DNA of 63,619 nt, counting the filler, from Lenisia limosa (Eukaryota; Protista; Breviatea): NCBI GenBank assembly GCA_001655205.1. It is 12 parts of 12 records of this genome, joined end to end, with 100 filler letters (N's around TTAATTAATTAA, not from the genome) between each part and the next. Parts side by side here need not be neighbours in the genome. Positions count along the whole stretch, not along the records: positions 1 to 26,935 come from LPNZ01010821.1; 11 more parts are not named here. One strand, 5' to 3'. The notes under the pieces were generated by a model. The model worked only from the letters and a program-made list of their open reading frames with translations. It was not told the DNA's origin and ran no database searches. Every line of letters begins with the position of its first letter. Within the stretch, counting starts at the first letter, position 1. The position numbers were made by a program, and so were the translations under genes. Shown here piece by piece: positions 1 to 14,892 of this stretch.

Positions 1-3000
1 TCAAAAAGACTGAATTTCTTGATAAATATTCCAAAATTTTCGATATTTTCCAGTATTGCCTAACCCTCCTACTTCCACAGCCTCAGCAGAAGGTAAGGAC
101 TCGAGGGAACCAAGGATGGAAAGAAGACGCGAAGAAACCTACATGGTAACACTAGTGCATTGACACACTTCCCTCTCCACATCACCCCAACCCATCATCA
201 AAATTTGTACCCCCTCCCCCCCACAGCGGCCTTCCTGTCTCGGTCCATGTAGTCGGTATCGGACTCAAAGACCTCATCAAAGGGATCGTCCGAGTCGTCC
301 TGTTCGTCATTGGCAACTTTGACCACAAGAAGCTCATTGTCGTTCTAAAAAATGAGTGTGTGTGAGTAAAGCATCATAAGAATCTCTGCCCACTTGGTCA
401 TCATCGAATACATCAACGCCGATATCATCGTAATTATCGTCATCTTGCTCAATGAAGCGCTCGATACTTCCGGCTAATTGATGAGATCAAATTTCAGTAG
501 CATGTAAGGTTTTGAAAATAATATGCGAAACTGTTCATTCAAACAAAACGATCGAATCAAACATTTCGGATCATGATGAGAATTGTGTTAGATAAAACCA
601 ATATGTTAAAATATAACAGTATTCTGAAGGCTTATTTTTTTTATTTGTTTTCTCTCAAAAATAAAAACCACGCCTACCTTCGTTCTGAACAATGTGGTAG
701 TCTTCGGGTCGAATCAACTGCGGTCTTGGGCGCTAGATAATAAACAAATGAAACAGTGCAGAATTGGTGTGTTCTCTAAATCATTTCGCTGTTGGATTGA
801 AAATCAGAGCAATCCTTGCCATTTGACTAACAACTTTAAGAACACAAAACGATTGCACCCAACCAAAACCATCATGACCCAATTCATGTTGTTACCCACC
901 TCTTGGGTAGTGGGGACCGGCTCAATATCAGCATCATCGAAATCGTCATCCCAATTCTCCTGTTGCGTTAATAAACCATTAATGCTTCCATTGAACAATT
1001 CTAACAGGGGAATACCCCCCCCCCCTCCGTCCCCCACATCATCATCTTCAACAACATCGTCTTTCTTGCCGATTTGCAGCTTATCAAGGTTGCCAGAAAG
1101 ATCATCATCCCAGTTGAGTTCGTCTGTGAAGAGTGAGGCTGGTCACAAGCTCAGCACAAGTGTTTCCAGTGCTGTACTGTTGATCGCGTATAAAATCATA
1201 TTAATAATGTATTAGTATCTAAAAAGTAGTGCTTTCCTACAGTTTCGATAAATTTTCGATAATCCTGAAATTTACTAGTTTTTTAACTGTGGTACGTTAA
1301 GAATGTTTAAAAAGGCATTCCAATTATTGTTTCAACTTAGTATTCAGAGAGCTTTTGTTCCCTTTGACAGTGCATAGAGAGCTTACCTTCCTCTTCTACA
1401 GGCAATTCGGTTTTCTTCTTTGGCTCCTATTTAGTTAAACAATCGTAAAAAGGGGAATGGGTGGGGACAGAATAGAATGGAAATAATCCAAAATTCCAAA
1501 ATGTAAATAGTATTTCATACGCTATAAAAAGATCTTAAATGCAGTAGTGTGTTTAATGATAGTTATATTTCAGTAAAAGAGGAACGTAAACAACGATAGC
1601 AAAAAATGAGTATTCAATTGTAATATCGTAAATAGGTTAAGAGACTAATTCAGTTCATCGGATATTTGATTCACAAAATAAAATTACAATTCCTCTTTTG
1701 AAATTTTTGAGCCCCTCCTCATCCCAGGTCAATTCCTAAACTAGGCTCTTTATGTTTCTTCAATATACACTAGGGCTCCATGAAGGGTTTTCAAGCCCCA
1801 AACACAATCGTCTGACATGGTTGTACCAGACTCGCAATCTCCATAATATTCATATGGAATAAGAATGGGTATTGAAAGGACTTCTCAATCAGCCAACAAA
1901 TAATCCATCCCTTACACTTTCACACACAATAGACGATACTCCCACTTACCTAAAATATTAGAGGAATACGAGAAATTCAAAATAAGTTACATTTTTTGAG
2001 ATAGTAACATGCTATCAGTTTACATAACCTTGAACAACTGTGAAATAAAAGTCTTCCATTAGCCTGCCCCCAAATGAAGTGAATGTTGACCCACCGGAGC
2101 AGGAGCAGCCTTCTTTCTTTTGTTGTTTTGGAATCGATCTGCTGCCAGAGTAGTCTTTGCCTCAGCTGTAGTGTAAACAATTAGTTCATAGAACTGAGTT
2201 GGAAAGAAGTGTGACTTAATACTATGTTTCACTAATAGAACCCCCCCCCCCCCAANNNNNNNNNNNNNNNNNNNNNNNNNNNNNNNNNNNNNNNNNNNNN
2301 NNNNNNNNNNNNNNNNGGTTGAAGGCTCGGATGTTTTTCTCCAGTTCCTCCATGGTAGGCGGCACGGGAAGGGATGATTCTTCTTCCGTCTTTTTGACGT
2401 GGGAGGTGATCCAAGGATGGCGACGCAATTTGCGCGCGGAGACACGAAGGTTCGGGTCTTTTTGGAAGCATTGGATGAGGAAGTCTTTGAGAGCCTGTGT
2501 GGTGAAATATATCATTAATACTATTATTTATATAGTAGAGTATATATGATATGTTTATGAAATGGTAATTCAATGTTCCAGTATATTACTAGTATTAGAT
2601 GGAATTACACACTTCGAGATATGCAAAGTACTACAATAATAAAGAAACGTTCAAAGAAATGCCAAATCGTGTGTTTTACTAGCTTGTCAATCATAATTTC
2701 GATGTATTTTATAATGAGAATAAAAAAACAAAAAAAACGCACTTCATTTACAAAGCCATCCCAGCATACTGGGGTGATGTGGTCGGGAAGCGGGGGGTAG
2801 TCATCAGAGACGATTTTGAAAAGGGCAGACATGGAGTTCAGTTCAAAGTATGGAGGCACTCCCGTGAGAAGTTCAACGACCGTGCACCCCAGGGACCTTG
2901 GGAAGTGAAGTTTCAACAGAGATCAGAAAGTAGCTCAATTAACTCATGCATATGAAAGTTTCAATGTTGGAACTAGGACCGTTCATGAGAGTAATATAAA

Positions 3001-4378
3001 GATTTTCATAATAAAGAGAGGGGGTATCCTGTTCTGCTTTCAAGATGGACTCTTTCCCCAACAGTGAAGAAGCTTACCAGACATCCGAAGCTGGTTGCGC
3101 ACCGCTCAGCTCGATAATCTCAGGGGCCACTAAAGAGTAAGCTCTTTTTGAGAAGAGTTACACGAAATAAACATAACACACGACAAGTCCTTCCATGGAT
3201 ACTTTTTGTTAATAAAACAAGGCCTATTTTGAAAAAATTTTTGTGTAATTTTCCAAAGAATTACAATTTCAAAAAAAAACCGTGAACATCTCTATTCATT
3301 AGAATTACTGCACCCGGTATAGAAGTTAATCCACCCGCCAGCCCACTCCAATACGGGGTACCAACAACATCATTTGCGTCTTTTGAAGCGAGCTTGGTAG
3401 CAACACCAAAATCAGCCAACTTTACATGTCCGTTCTTCGTAGTCAACACGTTGGCTCCTACAATGTTTATTGACAATACCTCCTATTTTAGTTCTCCAAA
3501 ACTTTCCATCCCTCTGGGAAATATCTCAGGCATATATCCCAAAATAAAACAAACAACATTACATCTCGATCTATTAGAAATATACAACCACTGCGTCTTA
3601 TAAGAAGGGGGGGGGGGGTCACCCACTCCGACCTTTGATATCTCTATGAATAACACCCTGGTCGTGGAGGTAAGAAAGACCTTCCAGGATTTGAGCGAGG
3701 TAGATTGCCACAAGGGGTTCAGGAAGTTTTCCAAAACGTTTCATGACCGAGGTGAGAGACCCGTTTTCCACAAGCCTAAATGGAGGTGAGAGATGTGACC
3801 CTCCTCCATCCCAAAAAGATTTATCTTCACTCAAAACAACCCCCACGTACTCCATCACAATATTGAGATGATCCTTGGTCTTGATGAACCCGACATATTG
3901 CACAATACAGTCGTGTTCCAGTCGTTTGAGGAGATCAATTTCGCTCTTACAAAGTGAGAAGAATCAAAGAGAATGGTTTCTAAGCCCTCAAAAAAAAAAA
4001 AAAAAAAAAAAANNNNNNNNNNNNNNNNNNNNNNNNNNNNNNNNNNNNNNNNNNNNNNNNNNNNNNNNNNNNNNNNNNNNNNNNNNNNNNNNNNNNNNNN
4101 NNNNNATGGATAGTAAAAACAAGCATATAGAGCTGAAGAGTAGTTTTTCAAGATCCAACCATGAATCCCTCCAGCTCGTCAGTGGGAAGATCCTTCAGCC
4201 TAATTTGCTTGATTGCCACCATTCGCCCAGTTTGGCTGTTAAGCGCTTTGAAGACGGTACCGAAGCCACCCTTACCGATTGATTCACCAATAAGCTACAA
4301 AATGAATGCCCCGTTTTCAGGGTGGTTTCCTACATAGTGCTCCAGTTTATGCCCTGTTCCATGGTTGCTCTTCCCCAT
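1..4378 (-). CDS. Ser/Thr protein kinase, STE group, Cdc7(S. pombe)/Cdc15/SepA/MAP3K-epsilon-like; multi-exon, 3' part runs off the window start
   Basis: Spliced exons give [144 protein letters not shown]. All kinase subdomains are present, followed by an acidic tail (WDDDFDDAD) like those of this family. Confidence 0.92.
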
Positions 4379-5579
4379 GATGCAAGAAGACGCCTGGGGC
4401 GGGGTAGGAGGAACTTAATTTCAGTATGTTGCGTTCCCCTACGCCTTAACGACACTGAAACCTCGCGCACTAGACACTATTATTCACTATCAACCCTGTA
4501 GCTAATCACCCTCACTTAGCTTGTTACTATTTTCTATTTTTTTTTTTTTTTTTTTTACTCAAATAGGACCCGGGTAACTCCGGGGTCCGCGTACTTGTGA
4601 GTGATTTTGAGGCGGCCCGGATACTAAATTTCAACAATGCAAACATACAGCAAATATGCAAATATACAACATACATAGATATATATTGTATATATCGATT
4701 TATGCAAATCTGCAGTCGCATTGTCGCATCATCGCAATATTCATATTAAATGCGTAGTCGTAGGAACGTAGGAACACATATTGGCATAATGGCACAGACC
4801 TATCCACCGTATTGAATCACAATTAAGGAATTCATAATAATAAATAAGTAAATTTCCACCATGTTTACATATACATCGAGCCATATATCTGCTTCTCCTG
4901 TTGTAACCTCCTATCCTCCTAAATGGATCAGAATAATCAAGGGTGTTGTGGGGGGGGGGGGGGGNNNNNNNNNNNNNNNNNNNNNNNNNNNNNNNNNNNN
5001 NNNNNNNNNNNNNNNNNNNNNNNNNNNNNNNNNNNNNNNNNNNNNNNNNNNNNNNNAAGGGCGGGGTAAAATTGGACAATTTATGAAACAAAAAAAGTCC
5101 AAAATAACTCTGTTGGCTAACAAAACATGCGTGTTGAGAACAACAAAACAAACAAAGCCCAGGTCAGTTGTTTCTGCAACACTGCATCCCGTCTTTTAGG
5201 AGTGTTGTTAGTGACACTACCAAGGTGACTTTTATGGATTTCTACCTCAGAATAATTGGAAGGAGCAAACCGTTCGTTTCCTTGCATCTTCTCGGAACTG
5301 GAAAGGTTAAAGAAGGGAGTGGATGGAAGAAGGAAAATGAATTATATTTACCACAAGAATACACACAATTATTGGATAAATTAAAGCTTTGTGCTATATC
5401 CTGCATTGTACATTAACCGCCTACGCTGATGTTGGCATAGGCACCCGGCTGTGCCTTTTGGTCAAGTGACTTTGAAAAATAGTCCTCATTTCTAGAACAA
5501 TGAGTATCAGCCACTCAGAACTCAACGTTTCAACCACAACACTATTTTCCCAAAAAAAAGACTGAATTTCTGACTACAT

Positions 5580-8513
5580 TCTTCAGAATACCAAATGACA
5601 ACCCGCATACGTCTGACGGGACGGTGCAAGGACTTGCGTGGTTGTCGGCGTATTTGACGGTCGCCGGTGGTACTTCGGGAAAATCTGGCTCGGAGGGGGG
5701 CTAGAGCGTGAGCTGAATTAGTAGAAATGTGGGGAAACAACCGTATCAAGCTTCAGACCAAACCTTGGGAGGGTGTTTTCTCGCGGTGATGGTATTCGTA
5801 TACTAGTTGTAGATATCGGGGAGCAACTGGATACAGATGAAGATCTGCGGGGATGGGGTGAGGAATAATAACTATTGGACAAATTTTTCAATGACTAAGA
5901 TCAAATGCTTTGTTGAAAGATTAACATTGCAATACTAATCCATTTTTGGTACAAGCACTCAACAAGCAAACCTGACAGGTGATGTGCCAGGGGAAGCCAT
6001 TTTCGAGTTGGGAGGTATGCGGACTGGGATGGCTGGGAAGTTGTATGACGCGCTGAGAGGAGTTTCGATTGCGGGTGCTGGGGTGGGGACTATGGGGGGA
6101 GGGGTTAATATCTGTACCAAAAAATGACATCAAAAAGACTCAAATATTTCATTCTTTTTGCATTAATTGCAGATTTTTGGTCACTCACCTGCAGGAGATT
6201 GGGTGTAGGAACGGGGCGCACTTCGCATTGTATGTCGACTAAAAACATGAGCCATATTTTATAAAAGATGACTTCCAGAACATAATTCGTGTAGCTTTGG
6301 AGTAAAAATTGCTTCCTAATTGTAGAATGTGTCCGTATTTAGAGCTTTGGAATAAGAAGGTCTTATTACTTTTATCCTAAACGCGAAAACCTGCTTGGAC
6401 CCCTCAAACATAGGAGCGTCACTGATTGTAACAGGCGTTGAGGTCATTCTTCTACAAGATGAGCCAATGGAACTAGTATATCATATCTAGAGCTTCACTA
6501 CGGTTCCAGAAAAGACCGAATCTTTCGATAAATTCTTGATAAATATCGATATTTAAACGGTCCTTTTGGGACCGTAGGGGTGCCCTAATCATATCAACTG
6601 TCTTGGTCCGATTGTCTGGAAAGGGGGCTTACGGGGATGATTGGGCGATAATGGGGGACGGGTCATACGACGGTGAAACTAAAAGAGGAGTGGTTTCATC
6701 TAAAACAAGTTAAAAGCCTTCTCGCCATCCATGGCGATTTTCAGTCTTACATACCAGTTCCTTGACATCCGCAGCAAGCCGCCCAGCCTGCTACTAGCTA
6801 TAAAAGTAAAATAATATCGAGAAAAAAAAGCCAAATGAATGAAAATATCACTGTTAATGAAATATAAGACCAATATACTTTTTTGGTACAGCCAAAAATG
6901 ATGGAGAGAAAAAGGCCTTGGGACGATGCCAGGAAAGTGTACACACAGGCCACAAAAAACCGCTTTTCTTTGAGGCGACTGTTGACATCGACAAAGAATG
7001 CGAACGCACTCAGCATGGACAAGAGATAGAAATACGAGAACAATCGCAATCGTCGCTGAAAGGAGGTGAGAAATTGGTGAGAAACAAGCAGTAAAATGTG
7101 AATACAAGAGTTTGTATTCATGTGAACTGATGAGACCACTTCTTGCCTTCATGAAACCAAAGACATAATACTCACCGCAATAGATAGCTTTTGCATGATC
7201 AAATTTCTTGATATTGCCCTGAAAAGTAAACATAAAAAACAGATTTTTGATTAGCGGTTCCCTTTTCCTACTTTGAAATTCGCACTACGCCGTACAAAGA
7301 AAAGCCCCAAACAAACAACTAAATAATGAATTTCTGAGTGGACACTTAAAACACGAGCGAACCTGTGGTAACATTGCGATTGCTTCCATTTTCTTCCCTG
7401 AAGAAGACACCCAACACCTACTCATAAAAAGAAGTGGCAAAAATCCCATAGTTCTCCAATTGCAACAACATGAAACATGAGCTCCTCTCACCATCCAGCA
7501 TGGGGTTTGGAGTCACCATAAAGTCCGATAAGTAGGGCATACACCAAGGAGAGCCCCCAAGACAGGCTATGATATATGACTGCTTTTCCTAAAGAAGTTA
7601 AGTTTAAGATTAAAAACTGTGGACCCTGTGCAATAAGACCAGAAATATATCAGCTTGCTGAGACATTAGAAAAAAGTCAGTCAGCCAAAGCTGTTCAACC
7701 ATTACATATTGTAATTCACCATTACATTTCAACAAAAAGTATTCCACCATGATATAGAATATGATATGCATATTAAGTAGGTAACCTACTCGTAGTGTGG
7801 GTCTCATTGATCTTCTCAAACGATCCCATGACTTTGGGGTTGAATGTTGGGAGAAAAAATTTCATGGCTGAATGCACAAGACAAGCAAACCACATGTAGC
7901 TCGCAAACGTACTAAATGCCAAGGCTGGAATCGGTTAATCGAATTAAAAACTAGTATGAATGAAAACAGAGCTGAAACAAGCACCATCATACTACCATCA
8001 CTATCATCACTATCGTTACCATAGCACCTCACCATCATAACCCAAAAAAAGTATTTACCGAACAAACCTCCAGCTTGTGAGTTACATAAAGTCTGGTCCT
8101 CAAAGACAGCTCGTTTGATGTCATCATGAGAAGTGGCGATCAGTACCGACTGCCCAAAGAGAATACTAAGGGCAAAAAATACCAGGTTTCTACATTATTA
8201 GGACAATGTAAAGGGGAAACTAAAGGAATTATAGGAGGAGATGACATGCATCTGGTAGGTCAAGCATACTGTTGGGGTGACGATCGTAGCTCTTTTATAC
8301 ACAGCAATGAAAGAATGAAGAACACCAAGACTGCCACAGAAGTCACCCCCACGAATACAACAATTCCAAGGAGTGTGTTCTCTTCATCTGTAATAGTATT
8401 AAAAAAAAAAAAATTTTGATGGGTGATGTAATCTCAACAATATTGTAGCCAAACATACCTTCCGTCCATTCTTCAAGCTCAATGTCCTCAGAAGCAAGGA
8501 GACTTATCTGCAT
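5580..8513 (-). CDS. 7TM GPCR-like receptor (cAMP-receptor/secretin-like type); C-terminal boundary approximate
   Basis: Spliced exons show TM1 LLGIVVFVGVTSVAVLVFFILSLL, TM2 NLVFFALSILF followed by LCNSQAG, TM3 FSTFASYMWFACL, TM4 YHSLSWGSPW, and TM6/TM7 RRLRLFSYFYLLSMLSAFAFF...TFLASSQGLFLSIIFG. TM5 and the tail exons are not fully resolved. Confidence 0.65.
6488..6587. mobile_element. MITE family A, 100 bp, TA-flanked, palindromic termini (intronic)
   Basis: ta-gagcttcactacggttcc...gggaccgtaggggtgccc-ta. It shares the internal atatcgat/gaatt core with the other copies. Confidence 0.7.
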
Positions 8514-8934
8514 TTAGCCTATTTCTCCTTAATGGTGAGCACATTCAATTACTGAAAGGAACGAAGGAACAGGAGAAGAGGAGTAGTATGTCAGCAAAAT
8601 ATCTATACCAATTTTGGAAGAGAGAGTTGTAACCCAGAAATAACCTTTTATTATTGGTATTTTATGATATACTGTACATAGATCAGCAACTAAAACGCCC
8701 AGGGCCCACTTAGAATGATTTTAGAAGAAGTCAGTCTTCTAGTTTTCAATATAGTATATAACTAATGTTTTTCATACACATTCCAATCAAAAAAGTGATC
8801 TCTTGTTCTTTCTGACGGAGCACGCTTATAGTTGATCATAGAGATCACATTTTTAAACTATATTTTCCTCCTGTAATCCTGTTTCTGTCCCAGTTCTGTC
8901 CTATCTTTTATTTATTTCAACATCACCCAACATC

Positions 8935-11592
8935 ATGTTTTTGACACGACTAGTTATACTCTTGACGCTTGTCCATTTTGTACGTTTTGTTTATCCGACA
9001 ATTTGAACATGCTTTTCGCACACTCCAACTTACTTGGGCAGATTTTCGGCTATGTTTCTGAGATCATCCATGACCCAGAGTTTGAGAATTCGAATTGGGA
9101 GGTCCGCTACTCACCAAAGGCCATCGACTTCGCCAAAGCAGTGCCAAACAACTTCTCCTGGTTGGTTTGGATTGGTTCTGCGACGTGTGATTCTGCCTCT
9201 CAAATGAGTTCATTGGTTTATATATGGCATTCGTGATTCTTAGTCATTTTCTTATGTTGGTAAATTCTGCTCATGCATATTGTGTAACGTCATTACCTCA
9301 CCAAATTCATGACGAATAATTGCTTACGCTTCAGCTGGTATCCTACTTTTTAGTTTTAAACATAATCTTACCCTGATCATTTCAAAAAAGAAATAGAAGT
9401 AATCAATACGGGTCGCAGAAGAGGCATTTTCTGTACACTCTTTCCATCCTTTCAAATCTGGAATCCAAATAACACATACTATTACCTGATTCAGGCGAAT
9501 CTTTCTGAATGTGCCCAAACCTTTGATTGTACCTCTTGAAAAGGACCTAGATTCCTTATTGCTTTTGGTGTCATTTTTCCCAACACTATTATTGCAGCTT
9601 GACCGTTTTTATTGCTTATTATTGTAGGAGGAATTCTACCTTCATTGCCCTGACACCCGTTCGTAACCAACATATACCAGTGTGGTGTATGAGGGTCTGT
9701 AATGATTCAAAATGAGGCAGTATCTGTTTAATGGTGGCGTATTAAGACTGTTACCAACGTATTTAGGTGGAAGTTGCTGGTCATTTGCTACTCTATCAAC
9801 GTATGCTGATCGCTATGCAATTGCTCAGCAGGTCTACGCGGACAAGTACCAAGAGTGGGCGGCTTTAATGACCTCTTGATAGGGCTTCCCCACTGTCTGA
9901 AAAACCAAATTTATTGACATATATTCTCTATATACCTAGTACCGACCATTAGGAGCCTTTATGTTTGTATCTTCAGTGTCCAAGATAAGGTCTGACCTTC
10001 TTTTCGTATTTTTCCTATCAAAGGGGCCAGACCCCTATCGTCCCGTGAAGATGCTTCAAGGCGCTTTCTCCATTTTGACACAATTAGCGGCGTACCCGGG
10101 TGTCGTTTTATAAGTATGTTGTTCACCAACCTTTAGTAAAAGAAGGTTCCCATCCCTTGTTCTGGCACCCCAGGAGGTTTTGGCTTGTTCAAAGGTGATT
10201 TGGCTATCATACATTTCCAACCTCCATTACCCGTCACGCTACCATTTGTTGTGTTTTTCTGCTATATTATTCTGCTCTTACATTTGAGGTTGGAACTTGC
10301 CATGGTGGCAACTCAATGAAACTCTACAAGTAGGAAAAGGGGGTAATTACTTTTTGCCTCCATCTCAGTATCTTCAGTCAGTATTGTATTCACACTCTTC
10401 AGGTATGGTCACGACTTCGGATATGTTGATGAGTCTTGCAACCAGTATAGAGTAAGATGGTCATTAACATACATTCAGTGTTACTATAGACAACATCGAT
10501 TGTCGGCTTGTGAGTAATAATATCATCAGTTTATGTTTCTAATGAATATTTCTGCAGGCCATAGATCAGAGCTGTGAAGCGATGAACATTTGTTACACTT
10601 GTGAGCTGTCCACTGGCTGTGCTGCACTTGCAAAGGTGGGGGTGGATTCTCGTTTATTCTCAGGCACTTCTCTGTTTCATTTTTTTTAGGACGAATTCAG
10701 GCGATACAAGTGGAGCGAAGTTGCCTCTCTTTCTGGTGCCGAAGAAATGAAGGTGGGGACTGTGTTGGGATGACTTTGGGCTTATGAAGTTTTTGATAAA
10801 CTATTTAGGAGACAGGATATATAATAGCTACAATACACCTTCAATTGAAGATGATTTCACATATTAGGCTGAAATATTCGCACGCGGACCTATCACTTGC
10901 TCAATTCACGCCACTGTGGAGTTCCACACTTTTAAGCCCGTGCCAGGAAATACAGTTTTCAAGTTTTATGAAGACAAGATGGTTTGCAGCATCAAACGCA
11001 GAACAACTGAGAATCGCTCTTCTAATCTTCCAGAGCACGAATCACGTTATTGAAGTTGTTGGATTCGGAACTGATCCCTCAGAAGGGTCATACTGGGAAA
11101 TCAAAAAGTGGGCTTAATAATAGGTCTACTTCTGGATTTTGTCTCACCGTTTTTTTCTTTTTTCTTTTCTTACATTGATTAGCTCCTGGGGTGTCAACTG
11201 GGCTGACAACGGTTTCGCCAAAATCAGCCGCGAGCATGGATACGAGTAAGCCACTTCCGATTGTTTTGATTTTGGTTCAAATATTAGTTTTGGTTTCTTT
11301 ACTTTCTTAGTCTGAATATCTCGGGATGTGTCTACGGAACAGTCGAACTCTAATACATGGTTAATTTGTGATGAATTGGATTCGCCACAATTGCAATGAG
11401 CCAATATTGAAGATCATCGGCTGTCACCGCCAGTCATTGAAATAAACTGATAACAGGTCATTACTTGTCTCCTTTTAGAAACCCAGTTGAAGCAGGACCG
11501 AGAAGTGATCAAGTGGCCTTTTGAAATAAATACGATATATGATATGAACTAAAACAATGAAATCAGAGGCTCCTACCGCAGCTATCCCATGA
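8935..11592 (+). CDS. CTSZ: Papain-family (C1A) cysteine protease, cathepsin Z/X-like, with signal peptide
   Basis: Signal peptide MFLTRLVILLTLVHF; RNQHIPVWC-GSCWSF (catalytic Cys plus the cathepsin X mini-loop); LAPQEVLAC; AEIFARGPITCSI; NHVIEVVGFG (catalytic His); YWEIKN-SWG (Asn); ends EAPTAAIP-stop. Confidence 0.88.
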
Positions 11593-11642
11593 AGCCGACA
11601 TTCTGGAACATAAGATGAGACCAGGCTCAAAACAGAGTCTTT

Positions 11643-14430
11643 TCAAAAGCCCACTTTTTTGCCTAGTGCCGGGATACTTGCTTCAGCTTCTTCGACTGTG
11701 ATACCAGTGATATCCTTGAACAGTTCGCTAGGCACTAAGGGGGTGAATAGGATCATAGAGTTCACAATATAACTGGGGGGGAAAACAAGGGAAACAGTAA
11801 TGAAGTAAAGGAGTGTAAAGGAGTGTGTGGGAGAGGGGGGTAAGTATCGAAACTTTATGTAGAGATAATAAAGAATTTTGGAACATGAGCCTCCACGTCC
11901 CATCATGGGTGACGTCCCGAGGACTTGTCAAAAAAATTCCAAAATGCCAAAATCTATCATCTTATCATCTTATAAATACATTCTTCAAAAACACACAAGG
12001 ACGTCGTAAGGACGAGTGTCTCACCACCTCCAACCACACAGCCACTTTTTTTAACCACCTTCTTGTTCACTTTTACAGACAATTAAACTCCCTTTTGTTT
12101 ATTTTTGCTTGCATGTGATCAATACACCAGGATAAACCAGTGATAAATGATAAAAAGTGACAACGAAATAGTCCCCCAAGCAACAATGGTCACTAAAAGA
12201 CTGAGGGAGTATCCATTGGAACCGTTTGTTAAATCATTTTAGGGCGTGGGCGGAAAAGTGGGACGTGGATCTACGTCCCAAAGTACCAAAACCCCATATT
12301 TTTTTTTTTTGCCAAATTCTCTAATGATTCATCGATATTCTCGCTTTCAAAAAAGTATAACCCACCAAGAGTGACGTTCATAGAGAAGGAGTCAGAAGAC
12401 CACGATTCTACACCATCTTTGTCAGCTGTGGGGCCTCTGAAGTGTCAGTTGTATCATAAAACATCGTGAGAGATTGGGTGTACCGTGAGTTCATTCACAT
12501 TGGCAAACAGTGCACCCTTTGCCTACGTGGGGGCAAACATTGACGAAAGCTGAGACGATGCCCTTGAGGGCTTCTTCTTCCGGCGTAAAGTGGACATGTA
12601 GCCTGAATCAATTAGGTGGAAACCCCTCAAGCTCTCTAGAAGCTTTTGCTACCCATATAGCGATGATAAATACAATTAGGTAGTAGTAAATTATCTTTAA
12701 CCACAGTTCAATTGAGCATCGTTGATTTGCCCCCCCCCCCNNNNNNNNNNNNNNNNNNNNNNNNNNNNNNNNNNNNNNNNNNNNNNNNNNNNNNNNNNNN
12801 NNNNNNNNNNNNNNNNNNNNNNNNNNNNNNNNNNNNNNNNNNNNNNNNNNNNNNNNNNNNNNNNNNNNNNNNNNNNNNNNNNNNNNNNNNNNNNNNNNNN
12901 NNNNNNNNNNNNNNNNNNNNNNNNNNNNNNNNNNNNNNNNNNNNNNNNNNNNNNNNNNNNNNNNNNNNNNNNNNNNNNNNNNNTGAAACCCTCCCCCACG
13001 TGACGCAGTCGCCATCAAAGAAGGCGTAATTGGCAACACGGTGTCCCTCATTCATCACCACATCGCCTTCGTCACAACGCATTTCGTACGATAGGTTCCA
13101 CTCTAAAGAGAATAAATAACTCATGTACATTAGGAATCGTTCTAAATAGAGTTGAAAGAAGAGAGGTACACTCTCCTTACAATTTCCAGATTGTCAGACA
13201 TAATCTCAACACTGTCAAACCTTTAGCGCCCATAAGGTCCAAAATGGCGTTATACTCATCAGAAGACACGACTTCCTCAATCATTGTCATGACACGCGAC
13301 GATAGCCGGGGCTTCAGCTCCTCTGTAGCGTGAAGGAGGTAACCAGTAGAGCTCTTCAAATAATGGATTTGCTGTTTTTGTTCTTGTCGCTTGTTGTACA
13401 GTTTTGGAGTTTTGTTTTAGAATTATCTTAATGTGGTTTCTTGGATTATGTTTCATACCCCCCCCCCCCANNNNNNNNNNNNNNNNNNNNNNNNNNNNNN
13501 NNNNNNNNNNNNNNNNNNNNNNNNNNNNNNNNNNNNNNNNNNNNNNNNNNNCCACGAACTGACACCTTGCTCCCCTCCTATGATGGTCATTCAAGGATCA
13601 TCACAAAACACATGCTTCAAAGAGACAAAAAAAAAAAAAATCATTTGAAAACCACCTTGAAACCCCCCAAGATATTCCTGGCTGCTATCAAGATAACAGT
13701 TCCTATTGTATTGATAGCTCGCTAACCAACCCACCCCAATTCCATAATCGGCTGGTTTTGGTGTAACCCGTTCTTCAAAGAGAGGGCTTCTTAGCTGAAG
13801 ACTGGCACCTGGCAAATGGCCGTTCTGAGTGGTAAATAAACTTCTTTATGGAAAACCAGTCAACTTCCTATATTCATGTTCTGAAACCTTTTCGAAGTTC
13901 ACAACAACAAAACATGGCATTGGATAGAAAATAGAAAAGAATAGAGGTTATGCGAAAAAAAAACTTGCTCCCGTAAACTTTGTCGGAAGTAAAAACTTTC
14001 TGCTTCCGAAGGCTTCCGGCATGGAAAGTCTCTGAAAAGCTGATTTTGAAAACAAGTTTTTATTTGGCAACTTTCTCCTACTCGGATTGTCCTCGGATGT
14101 ATTAGAGTTGTCCCTTCTTCTCCTCCATTTCCCTTCCAATAATCAATATTTGTTACTGGATATCAAATATCAAATATATATAAGTTGTGAGTTATATGTG
14201 GTATAATAAACCTAATTTGTCCTTACAAGAGCCACGTTGAGTTTTTCACAAGGCAGCAGTCTCTTTCTTCAGCAAAAAATATCGTCATTGACATTAGAAT
14301 ATTACAATAACGGGATTTAGAAGCAGTAAAAAGAGAAGTGACAACGACATTCGCATCTCCAACTCAACAAGTGTTCTTCCTCTGTCAAAATATCTACTCT
14401 CCTCTTCTAACAAGTCTTTATTCGCGGAAA
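11643..14430 (-). CDS. Uncharacterised multi-exon protein-coding gene(s); boundaries uncertain, spans N gaps
   Basis: Open exon-like blocks bounded by GT/AG, e.g. KSSTGYLLHATEELKPRLSSRV, WNLSYEMRCDEGDVVMNEGHRVANYAFFDGDC, LHVHFTPEEEALKGIVSAFVNVCPH, and a final PLVPSELFKDITGITVEEAEASIPALGKKVGF-stop. No family recognised. Confidence 0.4.
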
Positions 14431-14892
14431 ATTAATTCTCATCTTGTATCCAGGAAATGAATGTGTATAAATGGTCCAGAGTTGGGGAGGAAATTTTCGC
14501 ATAACCTAAACTCAAAAACCAGCCAGAAAACTTTCCAAAATAAAACTTGCACAAATTCACGGGAAAAAGTAATAATATAAGATAAACTGTTATCGATCAA
14601 TCTGAGCATAGAGCATGGAATATATATGATATATACTAAATAGTACGATGAGTAATATGCTTGTGTACAATGCTATAAACCAAGCGGTGCATATTGTAGA
14701 AAATAAATATTGGAGCCTCTCACAGACCTCAGCCGGTGTTTTTGTAATGTCATCACTCTGACCAAGAACGCCAGACTCGGAAATACTAAAGTCGGTGCGG
14801 AGCTGGGGGGAGGGGGTGAAAAAAAAAGCTGGATGGACAAACTAATGACTCACACCTCTCTTTCATCACATAGACATCTAATGTTATAGTCG

